A DNA stretch of 42,771 bases from Octopus bimaculoides (taxonomy: Eukaryota): the NCBI RefSeq assembly GCF_001194135.2, contig NC_069002.1:1711702-1754472 (forward strand), in the 5' to 3' direction. The position numbers and the translations under genes were made by a program. The notes under the pieces were generated by a model, which saw nothing but the letters and a program-made list of their open reading frames with translations, ran no database searches and was not told the origin of the DNA. Below are positions 34,771-42,771 of this stretch, piece after piece (within the stretch, counting starts at the first letter, position 1; each line of letters starts with the position of its first letter).

Positions 34771-35483
34771 GTCTGTCCTCCTGTCTCCCTCTCGCATCGA
34801 TAGCTCTGCAGCGAGTGACTGTTTTTTTTTGTTTTTTTTTTTATCAAACTCCTACTGCAAAAGTTTCGGTCCCTTGCTAAATCCTTGTGCGCCCCTTTTT
34901 CTTCAGTTTTTAGCGTGGCTTAGCTTGGCTCCTTTACTCCGTCAAAACCCTAACACAGCATTATCCTCCTCTCACCGTCGCCTCACCTCCTCCTTCTCTT
35001 CGTCCTCTTCGAAATCCCACCACCGCCTGTCTTTCCTCGATTCCTTGGATATGGGTTTCATCGCCTCCCACCCTAACCTCTCCCTTTCTCTTCGTCCTCC
35101 TCTTCGTCCTCACCATTCCTCCCCTACCCCCACATGTCTCATCCTGCAACTGATAATCCCCCATTCCCCCCTCACCTTTCATCCCCATTACCTCACCAAC
35201 ACCCCCACCATCCCAATTTTTCTTGCCTCCAGTCTGACGACAACCAATTAACTCTGCCGACGATCGGTAACACTTTCATGGCGTAAAATACAAGGGGCTG
35301 CGAAATATGGGACTTAAAATAGGGAGGTAAATAAAGGGACCGAATAGAATTAAAGAACGGAGAGGAGGTGTTCTGTGGTGGTGTGTGTTTAGGTGTGTGT
35401 GTGTGAGTCTATGTGAGTGTTTTCCTACATAATTATGTGTGCTTAATGTGTGTATGTCTATATGTATACATGAGTGTGTATAC

Positions 35484-35531
<48 letters not shown>

Positions 35532-36164
35532 NNNNNNNNNNNNNNNNNNNNNNNNNNNNNNNNNNNNNNNNNNNNNNNNNNNNNNNNNNNNNNNNNNNNN
35601 NNNNNNNNNNNNNNNNNNNNNNNNNNNNNNNNNNNNNNNNNNNNNNNNNNNNNNNNNNNNNNNNNNNNNNNNNNNNNNNNNNNNNNNNNNNNNNNNNNNN
35701 NNNNNNNNNNNNNNNNNNNNNNNNNNNNNNNNNNNNNNNNNNNNNNNNNNNNNNNNNNNNNNNNNNNNNNNNNNNNNNNNNNNNNNNNNNNNNNNNNNNN
35801 NNNNNNNNNNNNNNNNNNNNNNNNNNNNNNNNNNNNNNNNNNNNNNNNNNNNNNNNNNNNTTTATTATTCCTTTTGTCTCAGTGTTACCTGAGCACTTCC
35901 ATCTGCAGTCCTGTTTTTATTCTTCGGTTTAACGAAATTATTTTTCGGTTTTACGAAAATATAATATTATGTATGCATGTATGTATGTATGTATGTATGT
36001 ACGGGTGCATGAGTGTACACATATTGTCCATATGTAAATACATGCATACAGATATATATGTATATATATAAAGGAAACAGACAGAAGGAGGGTGAACAAG
36101 ACAGAAGAAAGTGAAAAGCGAAGAAGGGAAAAGAAGAGAAAGTGAGAGATAGATAGATAGATAG

Positions 36165-36248
<84 letters not shown>

Positions 36249-36565
36249 GATAACGTGTGGTTGCGAAACTTGAACGAATTTTCATTAGCCAAAAAAAGAA
36301 CAAAAAAAAACCAATAAAATAAATATGAATAGAATACAATAACTAAAAAATAACTAACACAAAAAAACCTCATTAAAATCTGAAGAGAAAATAAACGGAG
36401 ATTAATATCGGCCACCACAGCCTCCTCCCACTTCTCCTCCTTCCAATCACTTCCTCCAGTCACCCTAAAACCAAGTCAGTATTTATCTCACACTCACCTT
36501 CTGCCGATATTTTTTGTGGGAGGAAACAAGCCTTTAATTATCTAATTTTTTGATTGCTAATTATA

Positions 36566-36820
36566 GGTGTGCGCATGGTATTGTAGTTAAGAAGATCGCT
36601 TTTAGACCATGTGGTTTCGGGTTCGGTTCCGCTGCGGGGTGGGGCTGAGACTTTGGGTAAGTGTTTTCTACCATACCCTCGGGCCGATCAATGCCTTGTA
36701 AGTGATTTTGGTAGACGAAATCTGTGAGGAAGACCGTCATACAGTGTGTGTGTGTGTGTGTGTGCGTGCCCACCTCACCGCTTGACAACCAGTGTTGGTT
36801 TGTTAACGTCCCCATAACTT
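36566..36820 (+). mobile_element. SINE family A, diverged and 3'-truncated
   Basis: The head gttaagaag...gggttcggttccgctgcg is followed by tttggtagacg, (TG)n and cttgacaaccagtgttggtttg. Confidence 0.82.
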
Positions 36821-37023
36821 ATCTTATCGACTCTGAATAACACGACGACGATTATTATGATCATTCTTCTTCTTACTATTATTATTTATTATTATCATCA
36901 TTATTATTATCATTATTATTATTATCATTATTTATATCTGATATAGTTATTACAGTATTTATTCACTTGTATTATTTTCACCTCCGCTTCTTTCATCCTA
37001 TTTCTCCATCACAACCCACACGA

Positions 37024-37059
<36 letters not shown>

Positions 37060-37806
37060 ACACACACACGCACGCATACACAGACACAGACACACACACA
37101 CACACACACACAAACCCACACCCACTGCGTTCGCGTCACACTTACCCCTTGCTCGGAAGCCATATTTTGTTCTACTTTCACTATCATTGTTGACATTACG
37201 GTGAAGCTGTAGCGTTCACCACAATGACATCTCATTCTGCTCCAGGCAGTGAGAAATTATAGTTTTATTTGAATTTCCCAAAACACACAATATGATTTGT
37301 CAAGAGAGGTAAATCACCAGATTACTCCGTTCCTTCCGTACTTATTCCCCCCACGCTCTCTTCACCTTCTTTCTTTTCTTACTTTCTTCAATTTTGTTGT
37401 TGTTGTTGCTTTCTCTTCTTCCCTTCCTCATTTCGTTTTAGACTTCCTGTAAGTAGGCTTCCCTGCTGTCAATCTGTATTTATCCATCATTAATTATTTG
37501 TTGTCTAATTCTATTTAACGAAGATGTTATAACTTCTCGTCCCCCACCCCCTCCCCAGTCACTATTACAACCACCACTACCAATACTCCCATCACCATCA
37601 CCATCACCATCACCATCACCATCACCATCACCAATAACAACGCCAATTCTAACCACACCACGTCAAAAAAAAATACAGAATTCGGCAGAGTTTAAAAGTC
37701 CTTCAATGCCGAGAGAATGGCACCTATTTGGCATTTCGTTCATATAAAACGTCAATATATATGCAAATCAATTGCCTTCTTTTTTCTTGATATTACCACA
37801 CACACG

Positions 37807-37861
<55 letters not shown>

Positions 37862-37863
<2 letters not shown>

Positions 37864-38094
37864 CGATGACAAGATTTCCAGTTAATTCGATCAACGAAAC
37901 AGCCTGCTCGTAAAATTAACACGAAAGTGGTTGAGCACTCCACAGAAACGTGTACATACATGTAGTTCTCAGGGAGATTTAGCGTTATACAGAATGTGAC
38001 ATGGCTGGCGTTTGAACTACAGGTAACAACTCATTTTGCCAGCTGAGTGGATTGGGGTGACGTGATATAAAGTGTCTTGCTCAAGGACAGAACG
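37862..38094 (-). mobile_element. SINE family C lacking its head
   Basis: It is colinear with 28623-28830 (cagcctgctcg.aaattaac...gtagttctcagggagatt...gccagctgagtgga...gtgtcttgctcaaggac). Confidence 0.88.
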
Positions 38095-38994
38095 ATTTTG
38101 GTTGGCTGATCGTACAGTATAAATATACGTCATTGACCCAAAACACCTTTAAGGCTAAATTGACATTACACATCCACCCGTTTAGGTGTAAAAAGAAGTG
38201 CAGCGTGACGACGCTTGCGACATATTTTTGGCCTTTGAAAAACACAGTTGGATCAAGGATTTATATTACTTGGTAGAGGTGAAAAGTAATATTGTATAAA
38301 CGTTCGAGCACCAGAAAGATGCACTGCAGTATCTACTAAGAGGTCATGTGTTCTCTGTTCAAATCCTGCTATGGATGCCGACTTAACATTTTATTCCGCA
38401 GGCTGATAATCTCGATAAAATAAATAGTATAATCGTGGTCTTGTACCTGCATAAACAATTAACAAGTTGGTTCTGATCTTCTTATCGAATGCTTTGATTT
38501 CGATGCTCGAAATGTCTGTCTCCTCGCTCCGAAGTTGCTGTGGTTGTTATTGTCGCTGCAGTGGAGATGGTGCCTGTTATATAATTGACTCTGTGAACAA
38601 CAAAAATAATAAATGAATAAATAAATAGGTAGATAAATAAATAAGTAAAGCAGCCACTGTTGCTTGTTAGCAACTAGTTGTTTGCAGGCGACCAACAATT
38701 GATGTATTAGCGACAATAGATTTGCATGTAAAAGTGAACAAGGTTTTGCCATTAAATATTATATGTACCGGAAGTAGAAGCAATAGTGGTAAAATGTAAA
38801 TAAGCTGACATCGTTCAATGATGAAAACGTTTGGCACACAAAAATGACAAGAGTTCGTTGTGTATATTTATTTCTGTGTGGAGATAAAATAATTGTTTCG
38901 AACTCTTAGCTTCTTCAGCATGTTTGCAGTCAGAATTGCTGGTTGTGTCATTTACTATTCTCAAGCTTTTCGGCAGTTTTTACTGCATCAGGGC

Positions 38995-39066
<72 letters not shown>

Positions 39067-39067
39067 T

Positions 39068-39262
39068 GAAGCAGTGAGCTGGCAGAATAGTTAGCACGAG
39101 GGACGAAATGCTTAGCGGCATTTTGTCTGTCCTTACGTTTTGTGTTCAAATTCCACTGAAGGAGGTACTGGGCTCGATTCATTCGAGTAAACCAAATTGT
39201 TCAAGGCGGTGCCCCAGCATGGCCGCAGTCTAATGACTGAAAGAAGTAAATGATAAAAGATT
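39068..39262 (+). mobile_element. Chimeric SINE: family B head fused to family A tail
   Basis: gagctggcagaatagttagcac...gttcaaattcc (B) runs into gtactgggctcgattcattcga...ggcggtgccccagcatggccgcagtc (A). Confidence 0.8.
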
Positions 39263-39556
39263 TTAAAAAATGATTATTTAGACTGGAATCGCGATTCGTC
39301 TGTTATTCTATCTCTGTTGTTTCTATGTCTCTCTCTCCTCCTCAAGGCTCCAGTTCTTTCACTCTCTCACTCTGTCTGTCTCTCTTTCTGCCTCTCTCTA
39401 CCGTCTCTTTGCTCCATCTCACTCCCACTCTCTCTCCCGTTAACAGCAGTTGTTATTTGTTAGCATATTTTTCTTGCATTTATAATTTTTTTTTTCATCT
39501 CCAAGAGCCTCACATTAAAACTTTTGCTAGATCAATTATTCTCTCCCCTTCTTAGA

Positions 39557-39613
<57 letters not shown>

Positions 39614-39917
39614 CACGCACACAACGAAAGACCATCATTTCCAACAACAACAGTAATAATTCGCTTCCAGCAAAGTAAATAACAACAACAACAACAATGA
39701 TACTAATAATAATGATAACGCTAATAATGCTTTTTTTTTATTCCCCCCCCCCAAGGGCCACAGACGACGTGGTGGGGAGGGAGACGTTATAACAAGTCCA
39801 AATTACAAAATGGGAGGCGTTTCCCATTTTACACAGAATGTGATATGGAAAGAAAAACCCTAAACAAACAAGCAAATGAGAAATAAAGGAAAAGTAGTAG
39901 CAGTAGTAGTAGTAGTA

Positions 39918-39968
<51 letters not shown>

Positions 39969-40087
39969 CACAAAGAAAAAAAGGGGCCGATAAGCCAATA
40001 TATTTAAAATCTACTGATTAAAGTTAATTGGATGCGGTTTCATAGCCGGGGTTGGGGTTAGCAGCATTGACGGTGGCGATTGGGGGG

Positions 40088-40142
<55 letters not shown>

Positions 40143-40463
40143 CATCATCATCATGTTGACGATGGTGGTGGGTGGTGGAGGTGGTTGCGTGTGTCAGAGA
40201 CGGCAAGAAGACTCTCGTTCAGGTCCCATTTTTCTTCCATGCATCTAATAGTCCCCTTCCCACCACCCCGTCCCTATCATGTACACCTCTCACCGCAACC
40301 CTTGCAACTCCTGCAACATGGCTTCCCAGGCAACACTTGAGGATTCTCTCTCTCTCATATATGCGTTTAGCATGTGTTTAAGATTTGTTTATTAAACACA
40401 CACAAACACTAATACATATATATATATATACATGTGTATGTGTGTATTGGATACTTATGTAAT

Positions 40464-40675
40464 TATCCCCCCCCCCACCGCTTCACCATCGGTGTTTGTG
40501 TGTTTACGTCGCTGTAACGGAGCGGTTCAGCAAAAGATGCTAATAGAATAAGTACCAGTTAACATTAATAAGAAAATAATGACAATAAGTACTGGCGTCG
40601 ATTCCTTCCACTAAAAAAAATTCTTCAAGGCGGTGCCCCAGCATGGCTGCAGTTCAATAATTGAAAAGAAGAGAT
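40464..40675 (+). mobile_element. SINE family A, 3' half
   Basis: It reads gtgtttacgtc.ctgtaac..agcggttcagcaaaag...aataagtactggcgtcgat...ggcggtgccccagcatggctgcag. Confidence 0.85.
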
Positions 40676-40811
40676 AACATATTTCACTCATTTTCCCCTT
40701 TCACTTTTGGCAATAATTTTTGTATCTCTGTCTGTCTGTTTGTCTATCTATCTATCTAATCTATCTATCTATGTATCTACGACTATATATCCTTCTAACT
40801 TTGTGTTTATG

Positions 40812-40851
<40 letters not shown>

Positions 40852-40852
40852 C

Positions 40853-40884
<32 letters not shown>

Positions 40885-41297
40885 GACTGTCTCTTTATCC
40901 ATCCATCCATCCATCCATCCATCAATCCATCCATCCATTAGTGTACCCGTGCACCGTTCCATTTCCTAAATTTACTCTCTCTACAGTCATATCTACACAA
41001 ACACACTGTAGAATTAACTCGTCTTTTGATAATCCTCTAAAACCGCCACCACCGCTCCCACAACCCATCCACTAACCCCCTAGCCACTACAATACCCCCC
41101 AATCATCTCACCCCCTCCCAACCATTCGTCCTGTCACCCTGTCTTTCTATCGGCCATCATATTGTCCCTCAGTTCTCCTACGATCCGAACGCGGAGCGTG
41201 TCTTTTCGAAAGCCTGACACAAGGCAATTTGTTCAATGCCAACTTGCTTCTTTGTCAATTATTAACGAGAATGAAAGGAGGAGAACGCATGCGTATA

Positions 41298-41333
<36 letters not shown>

Positions 41334-41365
41334 CATATGTATATGTTTGTATATATATGTATATA

Positions 41366-41430
<65 letters not shown>

Positions 41431-41646
41431 GTATATATATGAATGTATGCGTATATACAGACACGCGCGCGCAAGCACACGCACAACATACACTCACATC
41501 TCTTGGGTGTAGGAGAAATTAGAAAAAGTTAAGAAAAGAAAAAAATATATAAAAAGATGAATATTGACACAGATTTACGCTGAGGAGGGGCCGGACTGCA
41601 CACACACACACACACACGTGCATGTATGTGTGTTTGAATGAATGTG

Positions 41647-41680
<34 letters not shown>

Positions 41681-41789
41681 GTTAGAAGAAAGCGGACATC
41701 CACTAATAATCTAAAACTCCACTTAAGAGCACATACATTTAAGCATACATACAGATATACAGACATACGTAAGTACATACAGCGATGTA

Positions 41790-41836
41790 AGAAGTATGAT
41801 TCCCAACCGTATGGTTCCGGGTTCAGTTCCACTGTG
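41790..41836 (+). mobile_element. SINE family A head fragment
   Basis: It reads aagaagtatgattcccaaccgtatggttccgggttcagtttccactg. Confidence 0.6.
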
Positions 41837-42036
41837 TATAAATCTTCCACCGAGGAGGGAGCCGGTTTCCAACAAAGATACAAGGCTCCATCTTTTGGAT
41901 GTAGTTAACATACACAAATTCACATTTGGAACTTGAAAAAAGTCTTGCATATTTTTACTGTTCCACTCACAGATTGCACTTGTAATATACGAATCAGTCG
42001 GTCGATTTCTCTTTCTGAAAATCCCAGTTATGTATG

Positions 42037-42060
<24 letters not shown>

Positions 42061-42067
<7 letters not shown>

Positions 42068-42116
42068 GCGTGTGTGTGACATGTATGTGTGTATGTAAGC
42101 GTGTGTGTGACATGTA
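42061..42116. repeat. 31-bp-period tandem duplication (tatgtaagcgtgtgtgtgacatgta)
   Basis: Identical 25-nt blocks start at 42061 and 42092. Confidence 0.9.
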
Positions 42117-42771
42117 ATTAATATACTATCATAAGATGCCGTGTGTTTGTTTGTATTGGAATATAATAGGGAAGTGAAGAGAGAAAAGTAAATGAAGCAA
42201 GGGGGAGGACGGGATCATGAGTTGGAGAGTAAAGGGAAGAGGTGGGAGAAAGTATCAGAAAGCTGGAGAAACAAGACAGATAGAGAGAGAGAGAGTGTGA
42301 GAGAGAGGCGGGGGAAGAAGTGTGAGGAGTATCTTGTTAGCCTGTTTTTGGTGGTTCAAAACCATCTAACAGTCCTATTGTGATGGATCCGGTACAGTGC
42401 ATTGTGGGATGTTAAAAGCACAGGGCTGTATCACTAATAACAGCAACAACGAAAATGACGACGACACCACCGCCATCGTCATAATCATCGTCGTAATCAC
42501 CATCACCATCACCATCATCATCATCATTATCATCCACGTCGTCGTTATCGTCCTCATCATCGACATCCTCACCGTCATCCTCACTATAACCCATCATCAT
42601 CATCATCATCATCATCACGACCACCAATACCATCACTCACCCCTCCTCCCATCATTATCATCATTATCATCATCATCATCACCCTCCTCCTCTTCCTGCT
42701 CCTCCTCCTCTTCCTGCTCCTCCTCCTCATCATCATCAACTTTTCAATATTCGACTGCTTTCTCTCATACA

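Larger units (their letters stand above)
1..42771. repeat. Pervasive microsatellites: (TA)n, (CA)n, (GA)n, (TATG)n, (TATC)n, (ATT)n, (GAA)n, (CAC)n, (ATC)n, (TTG)n; most N-gaps are flanked by them
   Basis: Examples read directly are (GAA)n near 27186-27245, (TTC)n near 32436-32510, (ATT)n at 38998-39064, (TA)n near 41370-41422 and (GA)n near 36170-36244. Confidence 0.98.

Noticed and set aside
39807-39830. AAAATGGGA/TCCCATTTT hairpin as a terminator or Su(H) paired site
   Set aside because: Short inverted repeats are expected by chance, only one arm has TGGGAA, and the spacing does not fit a paired site.
91-42636. Most ORFs in the supplied track (poly-YI, HT, CV, RE, LS, N, D and X runs)
   Set aside because: They are translations of microsatellites and N-gaps, with no domain signatures.

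Overview
Eukaryotic, AT-rich, microsatellite-saturated draft genomic DNA with 21 N-gaps (about 8 kb, ~19% of the window). The repeat landscape of three tRNA-headed SINE families plus dense di-, tri- and tetranucleotide tracts looks like an octopus genome; this is inferred from recognising the repeats and was not checked by search. Nearly every ORF in the supplied track is a microsatellite or N artefact. The only host gene I can support is absent from that track: two + strand exons (29117-29198, 31112-31247) encoding the DNA-binding domain of a tailless/TLX (NR2E) nuclear receptor. Their splice phases are incompatible, and exactly 19 nt (the third base of Gly plus CAGFFK, which includes the fourth zinc-ligand Cys of finger 1) are missing. 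This predicts a 19-nt micro-exon, probably hidden in the gap at 30275-30544. I found no hinge or ligand-binding-domain exons in the sequenced part. The rest is SINEs (labelled A, B and C here as my own working names) that are nested, chimeric or arrayed head to tail, a decayed mariner transposase fragment, a SINE-derived minisatellite and a few candidate cis-regulatory clusters. No CRISPR, rRNA or genuine tRNA gene is supported, and I found no convincing novel multi-gene system.
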